A stretch of 50,697 bases of DNA, taken from the NCBI GenBank assembly GCA_019828565.1, contig JAHDYR010000059.1, positions 1 to 50,697 of the forward strand. The letters are read 5' to 3'. A program made the position numbers and the translations under genes. The notes under the pieces are model-generated. The model saw only the letters and a program-made list of their open reading frames with translations. It made no database searches and was not told the origin of the DNA. Below, piece after piece: positions 30,867 through 42,164 of this stretch (position 1 is the stretch's first letter; each line of letters begins with the position of its first letter). The stretch is from Carpediemonas membranifera BICM. Lineage: Eukaryota; Protista; Fornicata.

Positions 30867-31646
30867 ATGAGTTCACCACATTTGGTTCCTGTTACACCCA
30901 TTAGCCCGCCTGGCGACTACCACCAAGGCCCAGGCATTGCCGCAGCTAAGGTTCAGCCTTCTAAGGTACCTGATTCCCCTCTTGGCCCTCATGCCGATCA
31001 CCTCCAAGGCCCAGGCATTGCCGCGGCGGAGCCCCAGACCCCTAGAGAGGGCTGGGGGTCGGATTCTTCCACCACATCGTCCTCTGTGGAGGAGCTGCCC
31101 CCCGGGTCATTGGCATTGCCTTCCTCCCGCAGCGCCCGCGCCTCTGCTCCCAACCTGGTGGGATGGGGCCTCAGGAGTCCTCAACGCCGACTCTTCCGCT
31201 CCTTCCAGGGGAAAGCCGTCCCCCGCCGCCTCCAGCTGGCCCGGTCCCCTGCTTCCCCCGGTCCTCACAACGGCGAGGGCGCTGCCCCGTTTGTCACGCC
31301 ATTGGCTTCCTCCCCAGCTGGGGCTCGCACCGTTCGTCAGCCTGTGGCTCCACTTGCGTCAGCCCTCGACGCTCTCAGCACTTTGGATCGCATCGCCATG
31401 GACTGGCACTCGTGTGCCTATGCCTTCGTGGACATGCTCCATGAGGGGACCGACGAGGATCAGCCTGTCGAGAACCTACAGGCCATTTTGGCATTCCAGC
31501 GCACTTCTCAGTCCCAGATGGTTATGTATCGCAGCAGCAGGGGCGCTCTTGAGCGGGCCCTTAGGCAGTATGTCCCTTCGGTTTCCCATTTCCTTGCCGA
31601 CGGAAGCCCCTCAGTGGAGTTCCTGGGCGCCGGGACTCCTCAGTAA
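30867..31646 (+). CDS. Antisense ORF inside the LINE 5' region, unknown function
   Basis: ATG-started 259-aa ORF (MSSPHLV...), Pro/Ser-rich N-terminus with QGPGIAAA twice (21-bp repeats at 30923 and 31004), helical C-terminus. Confidence 0.45.
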   Translation: MSSPHLVPVTPISPPGDYHQGPGIAAAKVQPSKVPDSPLGPHADHLQGPGIAAAEPQTPREGWGSDSSTTSSSVEELPPGSLALPSSRSARASAPNLVGWGLRSPQRRLFRSFQGKAVPRRLQLARSPASPGPHNGEGAAPFVTPLASSPAGARTVRQPVAPLASALDALSTLDRIAMDWHSCAYAFVDMLHEGTDEDQPVENLQAILAFQRTSQSQMVMYRSSRGALERALRQYVPSVSHFLADGSPSVEFLGAGTPQ

Positions 31647-32451
31647 ACACCCAGGGTTGAATGGGGGGTTGAGACCATGTTGCTGCTGTTCCTTGCGGTA
31701 TCTGCCTACCACTCGGGTTGCTGGGCCCCGGCATTCTCCCCCTTCTCCCAGCGGGGAGCGCGGCCACAGGGCGCCATTTGGGTTTCCCTCCAGTTGCGCG
31801 TCATTCCTACTAAATTCATGAGTTCATACCTTGGTTTCGGCTTGGTTGCAGTGGTGAGGGCCCTTGGCATGTTGCTGGGGGCTCCTCTGGACGTTCTTTG
31901 CCCTGTGGGTTGAGGAACGTCCGGGCGGTAAGCTTCCCTTGGTCTTTTGGATGGTAATATCCCATCAGACCGCTCACCGGGGGCTCCATGCCCATACGGG
32001 TTTCGTTGCCCCAGAGGGTGCACTTTAGGGAGCACAGAGAACCAACCCAAGCACAGCGCCCGTCCGCTAGCGGGTTATACAAGGCAGGCAGGGTGGTTTC
32101 AGGGGCGACGGCTCGTGCCTCCGGCGCTCGCATCTTCCAGTTTTCTGCCACCGGCCCGTTTCGCTTCCGTTTGACTTGGTCTCAGGCGATCTCATCGAGG
32201 AGGCTAGAGAGAGGCCTCGTGCGCCCTATGGGTAGAAGTGGTAAAGAGTTATGCTGTTCCTGCTGGTATTCCCCGAGCAGGAGAACTCCCGATGCTGAAT
32301 TGACCAAAATGTGGCATTCCGCGCTATAGGTCACCGCCGCTCTGTTTTGAGCTCTATAAACCACGAAAGAATCGCCAATGGCTATCATTCCTCGGCGCTT
32401 GGCTTTGTTCCGGTTGGTGATTCCAACTTTCCATACCGGACATTTTAACTG

Positions 32452-32466
32452 CACCTTCCAGCTAGC
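32452..32466 (+). repeat. Right copy of the 15-bp LINE TSD
   Basis: CACCTTCCAGCTAGC, identical to 4393-4407. Confidence 0.92.
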
Positions 32467-33400
32467 GCTTAGCTCCAACGCCCTTGCTCATCTCGACCCC
32501 GGCTCGGCACGCACCGTTGCAGGCTGGGTAGCAAAGTTCGACAGAACACGAGATCGCCACCTTGACTGCGCAACACAGCTGGAGAGCTTCCTGACAGAGG
32601 AGGGCCGAACGTGTGGCCCCCAGAACGTGGCCCGGAAGGGCTATTGGATCAGACGGCTGGAGGGGATACTCAGCGACTGGACGCCGCCACTATTCGCGGC
32701 CAATATCGTCAGGAAAGCGAAGAAACGCGCCACTACCGCAGGCATCACTGGCGGGGCCCGCCCGATTTGGAAGAAGGAGTTCCGCGACGCCCTCGACCGC
32801 CGGGAGGAAAGCTTCGAGAAGTACCAGGCTCTCCTATTCAGTGCGCTACAGCTCATCACCATCTCCCGGCCCGGAGAGATCCTTAAGCTGACCAAGGCCG
32901 ACATCAGATTTGACCGGGAGTCACATGACGCCATCCTACGCATCGATAAGACCAAGACAATCCTCGGCGGGGTAGAGAAGAGAGTCCCCTTCATGTACGT
33001 AGGCACCTTCAACCCAGCCCTCGCCCTACGCTGTTGGATCAATGGACAGCCCAAACTCCATTCGAACACACCTATCTGGCGCAGGATAGTCCGGGGCAGA
33101 CTTAGCAGAGACACCCCCCTCTCGGCGGCGACACTTAGGAGACAGATCAGAGCCATCTTAGGCGAGAGGGCTTCGCTCCACAGCTTCAGAAAAGGTGCGG
33201 CATCGGAGCTGCTCCTCGCGGGGGTTGGTATCGAACGCATTGTACACCTCGGGACCTGGAAGGACCCTAACTCACTCCGCCCATACGTCGCCCACGCCAT
33301 CCGCACGAACCCCACCCTATCGAGGCAGGTGGCCGGCACGCTGCTGGCGAGGAGGATTATTAGACGGAAGGACAACAGAAACAAGCATACCAAGCATTAA
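32467..33400 (+). CDS. Tyrosine recombinase of DIRS-like element A (separated from its RT by the LINE)
   Basis: SRPGE (R), KTK (K), HSFR (HxxR), GTW (W), RPY (Y). Confidence 0.92.
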
Positions 33401-34122
33401 GACAACACACTGAGTGGTAAAATTTCGTTCACCAGTGTTGTAGAAGTCGAATTCGGCATTTAGAAGCCAAAGATACAAACAATAGTAAGTCACAGTGAGC
33501 ATAAGAGAAGAGAACTGAGCATAGTTGTACCTTACGGACAGATCAAGGATATTGCGCACAAGTTTTGCCAATGAGCAGTTTTAGACAAAGCCAACTCCAC
33601 CAGGAGGCCTAAGGTACAAACAGACAGACGCAGACGCCATTAGCTCCCGTGCTCAAAAATGTCATTTTCAGGCCCCAACAAGGCCTAGTTCGTGAGTTCT
33701 GAGAAATCAACCTGAAATGAAACATAGGAACCCTGGTTGCGGGTAGACCTTGGAATAGAGTAGGGGTATAGGTAGGAGGAGCACTGTTAGTGTGCCAGAT
33801 TGTCCTGGCCCTCCGTGTGCTTCTCCGTAGCGTCCTGTCACAGGACCATCACTGGCACCTGCGCGCGCCGATCAATGTGCACTTTAGGTCACACTTCGAA
33901 ACGCATCGGCAGGTGTGAGCTCGGGGAAGCCACCCGAAGTAAATACTCGCCCCCCCCCATTTTGGTTGGATTTAAGAGGAGGGCTGCTTCGTGCTCGAAG
34001 TTAAGTGGCGCTAGGGAGCGCAGCTGGCAGGTTCCGGCGTGGGTCGGAAGCAACCGACCAGATTTTATTTAGGCTATATATCCGTCAAAATTCGACACAA
34101 TGGTGTCGAGACGTCAGTGCTC

Positions 34123-34662
34123 ATGAACGAGGCCGTGGCCGAACAACTCGAGGCATTTAAGGCTGATCTGAGCAAGGAGCTCAGTGCTATGCGCCTCTCA
34201 CTCAAGCAGGCGGAAGAGAAGAACGCCGAGCTCCAGGAGGAGCTAGATGTGATGCGCGACGCTACGTTCGACGGCTATTGGGACATGCCCAAGGGTCATG
34301 GTCTCGCTGATGAAGCTAAGTTCCTTCGTGAGCTGTACCAGAAGATGGCGCTCGGTGCTCTTACAGACGTGGACGAGATCATGATTGCTGTGGCTACACG
34401 CTTCGAAGTCCTACGCTGCAAGGATGTATACGAGCACTCCACTGCAACTTACATGGAGGCGGCTCTCAAGAGAAGTATGGCGAACTTCTCAAACCTCGAA
34501 GACATCCGGGCCAAGTCGTTGCAGGTCGAGGTGGACATGAGGGGGCAGGCTAAGAAGAAACTCAAGAGAGTGCACCACAGCATTCAGAGCCAGAACAGTC
34601 AAGGCAGCCAGTCGGGCCGGGGGTTTCGCCGCCCCAGCGGCAACAACAATTCCCAACAATAG
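34123..34662 (+). CDS. Element B gag-like ORF1
   Basis: Coiled-coil N-terminus, homology to element A ORF1, basic/Q-rich tail. Confidence 0.75.
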   Translation: MNEAVAEQLEAFKADLSKELSAMRLSLKQAEEKNAELQEELDVMRDATFDGYWDMPKGHGLADEAKFLRELYQKMALGALTDVDEIMIAVATRFEVLRCKDVYEHSTATYMEAALKRSMANFSNLEDIRAKSLQVEVDMRGQAKKKLKRVHHSIQSQNSQGSQSGRGFRRPSGNNNSQQ

Positions 34663-34706
34663 GAGACGCCCAGCTATGGGAGCAGCTGGGTGTCTCATCA
34701 GAAGTC

Positions 34707-36530
34707 GTGGAGTGGGTGAGACACGGAGTTCCGATAGACGTACGTGCGTCAGACCGCCAGTCTCTGCCGATCATGAAGACCCGGGTCGGTCCACATGTGT
34801 TGGAGCAGATCCACAAGCTTCAGCGGTCCGGGGTACTCCAACGTGTGTCGAGGGAGACTCTACAGCATGTCGTGCCGAAGGGGCTGGAGGATGTTCGCCC
34901 CATCCACGATCTCAGGCGCCTCAATACAGTCTCACAGGAGAACAGGACATTCCGCCTCTACGGAGTGCGGAGGGCCGTATCATCACTTGCCCCCGACAGC
35001 TGGATGATCAAGCTAGATCTCAAGTCCGGTTACCATCAGTTGCCGATACGGGAGGCAGACCAGAAACTGCTGGGCATCGTTGTCCCAGGCGCCGCTTACA
35101 TGTTTCGCGCCCTGCCCTTTGGGTGGCGCCCCGCCCCTTTCGTCTTCCAGACAACGATGGTGCAGGTGGCGAAGGTGATTGCCTCGCAGTTCAATGTGAT
35201 GGTGGTCGTATATCTCGACGACCTTCTCATTCACTGCCAGAGTCGGTATCACCTCCAGAGCCAGGTCAGGCCCATGCTGCTCCTCCTCCGGAGAATGGGC
35301 ATAATCGTCAACATGGAGAAGTCTGTCCTCAGCCCAACAACTCGCATATCGTACCTCGGTCTCATCATAGACGCTCTGCGACAGCTCATCTCACTGGACG
35401 TTACGAAGGCGGAGAAGTACGAGGCAAAGATAGTACAGGCCCTGCAAAGAGGCTCAGTCGATGCCGACGAAGCACTAAGGATCCTAGGCCAGCTCCAGTA
35501 CTTCTCCGACACCTGCGAGGGAGGAAGGTTGGCCCTCAGACGACTACAGCAGCAGTTGAGCCCTCAGAATCCCATGATTCCGCTGATCCCCGAGCTCACC
35601 GAGCTTCTCGACCAATGGTTGAAACTGCTGAGACTCCGACCTCTGCCGACGCGGTCCTTCGCCTCCCTCAAAGCCGGTTGGGATCTCGGCGAGACTATAC
35701 AAGTGAGCTTAGCAGCAGACGCCTCGGGGGTGGCTGGGGGCGCGATCAGGGGCCACCAGAGCCTACAAGGAACCTTTCCCGACTGGATCAGCACGGAGAC
35801 CATAATGGTCAAAGAGCTCTACGCCGCTTACAGGGCTCTAGAACTGGTCGGGGACGTGTACGACTCCACCGTAACTCTCTTCACGGACAACACGGCTGCA
35901 AGAGCGTGGATAGTGAGACAAGGTTCGACGAGTTGCTCTCCATCTACCCTCAAGATCCTCGAATACATGCAGCGCTGGAAGCAGGAACACCGGTGTCAGC
36001 TGAACGCTCTCCACACAGCGGGTCACCTGAACGTTTCACCCGACAGACTGTCGAGGTTCGGGGCTCTCGAATGGCAGACGCCGCGCGGGGTTCTGGAGGT
36101 CCTGACCAGAGAGTGGGGACCCATGCAAGTGGACGCCTTCGCCAGCCCCTCAAAGAGTCTAGCACTCCCCGGATATGTCTCCGAGTACTGGACAAGGGCG
36201 GACCAGGGGGCCACACGGGAATGGAGGGGGACGAGGATATTTGCAGCGCCTCCATGGAGTATGATTCATCAGACTCTGATGAGGGTTCAAGCGATTCGGA
36301 CTTCCTCCCAAACACCCCCCTCCCAGTGGAGATCGGGGGTCGTCCTCGTTTTGCCAGACATGAAGTCTCCGGAGATCATGATGCTGAGAAGGTCAGCAGT
36401 CAAGAAGTTCTTCTCCATCCCCAAGGGCCAGCTCCAAGACTCGGAGTTGCAGAAGCTGGCGAACGATCGCGGGATGATCCGACTTGTAGCCCTGGCCATC
36501 CCCACCCAAGGGACGACTTCGAGGCAATAA
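34707..36530 (+). CDS. Element B RT-RNase H-adenine-methyltransferase-like ORF
   Basis: RPIHDLR, KLDLKSGYHQ, LPFGW, YLDD; ADAS, FTDN, PDRLSR; MT-like VDAFAS...W...IFAAPP. Confidence 0.92.
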   Translation: MEWVRHGVPIDVRASDRQSLPIMKTRVGPHVLEQIHKLQRSGVLQRVSRETLQHVVPKGLEDVRPIHDLRRLNTVSQENRTFRLYGVRRAVSSLAPDSWMIKLDLKSGYHQLPIREADQKLLGIVVPGAAYMFRALPFGWRPAPFVFQTTMVQVAKVIASQFNVMVVVYLDDLLIHCQSRYHLQSQVRPMLLLLRRMGIIVNMEKSVLSPTTRISYLGLIIDALRQLISLDVTKAEKYEAKIVQALQRGSVDADEALRILGQLQYFSDTCEGGRLALRRLQQQLSPQNPMIPLIPELTELLDQWLKLLRLRPLPTRSFASLKAGWDLGETIQVSLAADASGVAGGAIRGHQSLQGTFPDWISTETIMVKELYAAYRALELVGDVYDSTVTLFTDNTAARAWIVRQGSTSCSPSTLKILEYMQRWKQEHRCQLNALHTAGHLNVSPDRLSRFGALEWQTPRGVLEVLTREWGPMQVDAFASPSKSLALPGYVSEYWTRADQGATREWRGTRIFAAPPWSMIHQTLMRVQAIRTSSQTPPSQWRSGVVLVLPDMKSPEIMMLRRSAVKKFFSIPKGQLQDSELQKLANDRGMIRLVALAIPTQGTTSRQ

Positions 36531-37419
36531 GGGCCTCAGATGCTCTATGTGACGTGCAAGAGCCCGGCCGATCGCGGCGGGCGGCCATGGTGTCCCGTTT
36601 TCTGTGCTACCGCGTGGACCATCCTGGCCCTGATGCCAGGCAACTTAAGGGGTTCTTGCTTCAGGAGGCAGCCAGGGTTTGGAAGGAGTCGGTTGGTCTG
36701 ACAGGCTATTGGGTGTGTAAGCTCGCAATTCTCCGACTGGAGGCCTTCAGAGTTCAGCGAGCGTATCATCCGTATGGCAAAGAAGGTCTCTAGCAACACG
36801 CGGGCTACCGGTGGGGCAAGACCAATCTCTTCTGAGGAGATGCGGGCGGCAATTGCATCTGTTTATGATGCAAGATCAGTAGAGAACTGGCAGGCGGTTG
36901 TCTTTGGTTCCACTTGCTTCTTATGTGTTGCCAGAGGCATCAAAGTACTCTCTCTGACAAAGGAGGACATCTCTGCAAATGACTCTGGAGTGACTGTGCG
37001 CGCTAAGACAACTAAGGTCGGCCAGATCAACTTCGACAGGTTCATAGCCTTTTCGGAGCTGGCATCAGACCACTTTGACGTCGCAACGGCTTTGAAGTGG
37101 CTCGCAGCGCGCCTGAAGAGCCCCAGCGATCGGCTGTGGCGCCGAGTCACACCTAAGGGTCTAAGCCTCAAGCACGAGTGTTCCGAGAGAGAGATGAGAC
37201 GATACATCACGTCGGCCTTTGGGCCAGGTGTCACTTTCCACTCATTCCGTAAGGGCGGAGCCTCTTCTGAGGCTCTACACGGCACGCATTGCCTTCCTCG
37301 GAGGATGGGCCTCAGCGGCTAGCCTTAGACCCTACATTGCCCAGGCTGTGCGCAAGGACCGCCAGTGGGCCGCAGACAGACTGAAACGACTAACTATGGG
37401 TACAGAACCCAGCAGGTAA
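36531..37419 (+). pseudogene. Element B tyrosine recombinase, frameshifted (~36770, ~37270)
   Basis: TGGARPI, CVARG, KTTK, HSFRKGGA, GGW, LRPY spread over three frames; homologous to the element A YR. Confidence 0.85.
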
Positions 37420-38327
37420 AGCTCCCATGAAAATAGGCATTAGAAGCCACGACGGGTACGGGAGCCCCGTCATCCCCTCAAGGAAGGGCTAGTTGTCCGA
37501 GGCTGATGCCAGTCTCGGTACTAGAGATGATCAGCAGATAGTCGCTTTATAGAGCAAGAGGATCCACTAGGATGGTTCTGTCACTGGTTGGTGGCAAGAT
37601 TAAGGTTTCGCCAAGCGAAACGTTCTCCATCCTTCCAGAAGAGGCGGAAGTTGTACAGAACTAGTAGAATTGCCATCGCAAACGATTATTGTTGCGACAT
37701 TCACATCGGTTTGTCCCTTTGCTGCGAAGAACCGCAGTTTCCCCATTCACGCATCGTCATTGAGCATATCCTGCGAAACTGCGATAACACACAAAGCGGT
37801 GCCTAGATCAGCCACAACCGCTACATCGGCTATGTTAGGACGCCCATGCTCATTCTTTTGTCTCTTTCATTTTCTTTCAATCTCGGGTGGAGATAGCCTC
37901 GAGTCGCTCGTGACGGGCGGGACCTCCCCATTGGTTTGCACAGCGGATGAGCTAGTGCGGATGTGTCAGACATCCTCTGTTATAGAGCCACACTTTGTGG
38001 ACTGACCGATTCGTCAATAAACATATGTGCGAAAGCGGATCATCAAAAGTTCCCATGGAGGACGATTCGGATGGCAATGAACCTATGAATCCGTCTCTGA
38101 ACCCATAAGGGACGTTGAGCAACGGTTTTCCGCCTTCAACGATACCCTTCGTGCAGTTCAACGTGATTACCGAGAGAAAATCCCAGTAGCATTCCTTCAA
38201 ACTTGGGACTCACCAGAAGGTGTTCTTAACACCTTTAGGAACGAGGACATCTTGAAGGACATTCTCAAGACGACTAGAAAGCGGATCAAGTGCAGCGACT
38301 TTTTCGATATGCTTGTAATCCTGGTGG

Positions 38328-40341
38328 ATGCGGCCCTTCCGCGCACCCGCGTGGTTCCCCGATGCCAGGTCCATGAAAACAGTAGAACGCGTGCAGCGCT
38401 ATTGTTCCAAGTTCATCAGAGACATCGAGCACGAGTTCGTTTTCGTTCGTCCGCCCCCCTCACGAGCCGCTCCACTTGGCTCGTCTGATCCCCCAATTCC
38501 CCCCAGACAACAGCTTCCTGCTGACGTACTCACTGCCGCCCCCCGTCAGACACTGCCTCAAGCCCCGGCTAGCCCTGATTTGTCATCAGCGACGCGCAGC
38601 CCTAGGGCGCAGACGCAGCCAAGTCCAGGCTCTGTGATACGCGATGTTGACGACGACGTTCCGTCCATCAACCAGGCTGCTGACCACCCATCTGGTGGTG
38701 GTGCAGTTGTCTTGGCGACCAGTCAGACCTCCAGTCAGCCCCCTCCCGCATCGCAAGGCTTCCCAAGGGCTCATGGCACGGCCCGCATTCCGTCAGCCCT
38801 TCCTCACCCGAAGGTCGCGTTGTTTGTTGGCAAGCTTACCCCCTCTAAGCGGGCGGCTTACGGTTGGGCTCGAGAAGCTCTCACGCGGCTCTCTGATTTG
38901 GCTGAGGCCACTCCGGCGGCCAAGTTGGGAGCTATCGAGCGTCTGGCCCGGTACCCAATGACACTTAACTGTTCACCTCCACCTCGCCGCGGGAGCACCA
39001 TCGCAGTGCCAGCTAAGGCCCGCCGGCACAAGCGTGTCTTGCGGATGGCGCAAGACGGTTACCTATCAAGGGCTGTGAATTCGCTGACATCTGTCGAGCA
39101 GACAATGTCAGACGACGAAATTGACAGGGAGCTCGCCAGGCTCCAGGCGAGCCCAACGGCAGATCGCCTGGAAGCGTTTGACTGGAATGATGTCCCTGAT
39201 ACGGCCCTGAGCACCGTCACCATCAGCAAGAAGGCGCTCAAGCGTACCCTGAAGTCGCTGCCGAGCGACAAGGCACCCGGCCCATCGGGCTGGAGCTTCC
39301 TTTACCTTCGTACACTGTACCGGGAGCTCCGCGGTGCCTTCGTCACTGCTCTCCTTCCCATCTGCCAGGCTATGGCAGACGGTGACCCGGATTTCGCGAT
39401 CTTCTCACACTCCATCCTCGTCCCAGTGCCCAAGAAGAACAACAAGCTGCGTCCAGTGGCCATGAGTGAGACTTTTAGGCTTATAACCGCCAAGACTCTG
39501 GCCACCATGATCCTGCCAAACCTTCAGACGTCAGTCTTCGTCGACCAGTTCGGGGTCGGCGAGAGGTGCGGCATCGAGCAGCTTACCTCCATTGTTCGGA
39601 AGCACTATGACGACGGCGGGGCAGTCCTGTCGTTGGACCTCACGAACGCCTATAATACCGTCTCTAGAGACTACTTAGCCAGGTGTGTGAGGGCCTACTG
39701 CCCTGCCATCTCCAACTACCTTCGTGGCCAATACAGCCGCGCCCTCCTCTTCTCGACGTCCGGAGTGGTTCTCCGGTCTGAGGAAGGCGTCCAGCAGGGA
39801 GACCCGCTTTCACCTATGCTCTTCTCTCTTGCCATGAAGCCAGTTCTAGACCGCATCAGGTCCGTCCATGATGTCCGCGTGGTCGCGTACCAGGATGATT
39901 CGTACATTCTGACTACAGTGTCGGCTGCCAACGAACTAGCGGCCGCGGTCAAAGAACTATTCGCCCAGGTCGGGCTGACACTTAACCCGGACAAGTGCCG
40001 TGTCGTGGTTAAGGGTTTCGGTAAGGACACCAACACAGGCCGCCCCGGCCACATCAAGCGGAAGGGGCAGCATGTCGTGACCGGCGTCCCCATCGGCCCG
40101 GACGGCTACGTCATCAAGAAGACGTCTGAGATGTTGACGAAGGCTGAGGAAACTCTTGAAGCCCTCAGCGATTTCATTGCCACAGTCGGAGTAGCGGGCG
40201 TGGGCCCTGCACTCGCGATGGTGAAATATTGCGTCTTACCGAAGCTGTCACACGTCATGCGTAACATCGACCCGACCCAGGGATGCATTGCGGCCGCCCA
40301 GGCCTTCTGCGAGGGGCCCCTCCTGCGCTGCCTCTCGAAGA
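38328..40341 (+). mobile_element. CRE/SLACS-like non-LTR retrotransposon RT region, truncated at 40341 by an LTR; degenerate upstream coding likely back to ~37850
   Basis: APGPSGW, LRPVAM, QFGVG..GIE, LDLTNAYN, GVQQGDPLSPMLF, AYQDD, GLTLNPDKC, GVPIG. Confidence 0.88.
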
Positions 40342-40398
40342 TGTGCCATTGTTGGCTTGCGCAGGTAGATCTGTTTACATAAACTGCACTGGCTCTCA
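40342..40398 (-). repeat. Inferred 57-bp 3' LTR of chromovirus 3
   Basis: TG..CA; shares TGTGCC end and TTTACATAAACTGC with the 61-bp LTR; preceded on minus by PPT GAGGAGGGAAG (40399-40409); CRE homology stops here. No second copy is visible. Confidence 0.75.
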
Positions 40399-42040
40399 CT
40401 TCCCTCCTCAAGGCGAAGCTAGCCAGCTAACGGCGGCCATTGCCCCGGAACTTCCGCTTATAACGTGCGAAGAGGGGCATGAGACCTGGGTTGAGGCGTA
40501 GGTAATCATCCAGGGCGGCGAGGCGGTCGTAATATGCGTTATACGGAATGTACGAGTCCTCGGAGTCTTCTAGGCCTTCCCAGTGGACGAGGAGCTCGAG
40601 GCGTCGGTTGCGCTCGCGGTGGCCGACGATGGCGGAGAGATTGTTCGTCTTGTTCGTATGCGGCGATGCGCTCGAGTGTCTTGAGGTCTGCTGTGCCTGG
40701 GTCGAAGCGAATGAGGCGGTCCTGGTGGACGAGCAGCTCGGACTTGGTGACGAGGTCACGGAGGACGAATGTGTTGGGGCTCTTCCCTTCCCTGAGGAGT
40801 TGTAGCGGGCCGCGGACTGGCAGAATCTTGGATGGGGCCTTGTGAGGATATCTCAGGAGCACTAGGCGTTCGAGTTTCCAGTCGAAGTTGTCCGCCGGTT
40901 GGGTTTGTGCGGCCTTGTGACGCTCGTATGCGGCGATCTTCGCACGGGCTGCGTCGTGCATGGCCTGTATGTCGGTGTGGAATGCGTTAATGGCCTGGAT
41001 GGTAGGTGTGTCTTGCGTCGCCTTGGCGGCGCTGATGATGCGTGACTCCGGGAGGGCCGTGAGCGCGGACGTGTGTCCGAAAAGCAGCTCGAACGGCGTG
41101 AAGCCGGTAGTCGAGTGTGTCGAAGTGTGGGATAAGTGCGGGCCAGTCGGTCGTTTCTGAGTCTAGTAGCAGGGCGCGCAGTCTGCGCATGATGGTCCCA
41201 TTGACTCTCTCGACAACGCCGTTACTCTGTGGGTGGTACGCCGTGGAGAACCTGTGGTTCAGGCTGATCTTCTTGTTGAGAGCGGCGATGGTTGAGTTCT
41301 TGAACTGACTTCCCTGGTCTGTCTGGATCAGGCTGGGTGCGCCGAAGAGCGACCACACCTGGAGCATCGCGTCGGCGGCTTCTTCTGCCGAGGTTGACGC
41401 AACCGGCTTGAGCACAGTGAACTTGCTGAAGACGTCAATGAACACGATCACGTGAGCGAGGCCATTCGTCTTTGGAAGCGGGCCGAGCGTGTCTATCTGC
41501 ACCGCCTCGAATGGGCGGGTCTTCTGGGTCGTATGCCACTGGGCCTTGGCGATGGGGTGGGATTTGAGCTTCTGGCAGACTGGGCAAGTCGCGACGTGCT
41601 CCGCGACGTCTGAGTTCATGGAAGACCAGGTCTTGCCGGCTTCCTTGAGATGGGCGATCGTTTGTTTCATCGAAGCATGGCCGTTGGCTCCAGCGTGGGC
41701 CTGCTGAATGTCGAAGCGGTGGGTGCTGCTGGCGATTTCGCTGATCGCCGCGCCGCTGGGGCGGGAGAGGGCGTCCGCGACGACGTTAGTTGTCCCTGCG
41801 ATATGCATGATGTCGAAGGGGTACTCGGATAGGATGAGTCTCCATCGCGTGAGCTTGCGCGTCCCTTCCTCAGCCTTGCGAATCATCCACACGATGTTCT
41901 TGTGATCTGTGAGTACGGTGAATGGCTTCAGCTTGAGAATCTGGCTAAACTCTGGCCGGGTGATGCAGTATATGACTGCGTAGAGCTCTTGCTCGACCGT
42001 CGCCCAGCGGCGTTGGGTCTCTGTGAACGTCTTTGAGAAG
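40342..42040 (-). mobile_element. Chromovirus 3 (RNase H-integrase-chromodomain + 3' LTR), degenerate; continues at 47347-47384, 5' part lost
   Basis: SKTFTETQRRWATVEQELYAV, TDH, ADALSR, HHCC, IDT, TDQG, VERVN, GPL, LLVHWEG. RNase H reads WQHEGDTKKPLAYF|SKTF across the chromovirus 2 insertion. Confidence 0.88.
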
Positions 42041-42164
42041 TGTCAGGGTCCTACCCATTGTTTACATAGTTGATATATTTATTATTGCCATATTTACCAC
42101 AGCAGGGTCAAACCCTCTCTTCTTTGCTTTTACTAAAAGTTCTTCTAAGTCTTGACAGACCACA
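42041..42164 (+). repeat. 5' LTR of chromovirus 2
   Basis: TGTCAGGG...GACCACA, AT-rich core. Confidence 0.95.

Larger units (their letters stand above)
4408..32451 (-). mobile_element. Large APE-RT non-LTR retrotransposon (RTE/RTEX-like, tentative), ~11.3 kb after removing two nested inserts
   Basis: 15-bp TSD; 3' end reads ATTAAA followed by TTCTTTCTTCTTCTTTCTT simple-repeat tail; APE, RT and C-terminal CxxC..H..C in minus orientation; similar GC-rich composition on both sides of each nested insert. Confidence 0.85.
34123..37419 (+). mobile_element. DIRS-like element B coding span (termini not identified)
   Basis: gag-like ORF, RT-RH-MT, and an overlapping long frame leading into a tyrosine recombinase. 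Confidence 0.88.

Noticed and set aside
32378-32451. Listed N-terminus of the 340-aa recombinase ORF
   Set aside because: It derives from the LINE 5' end left of the TSD, not from the DIRS element.
850-40341. The two CRE-like pieces as halves of one element
   Set aside because: They are in the wrong order, overlap in homologous sequence and are clearly diverged.
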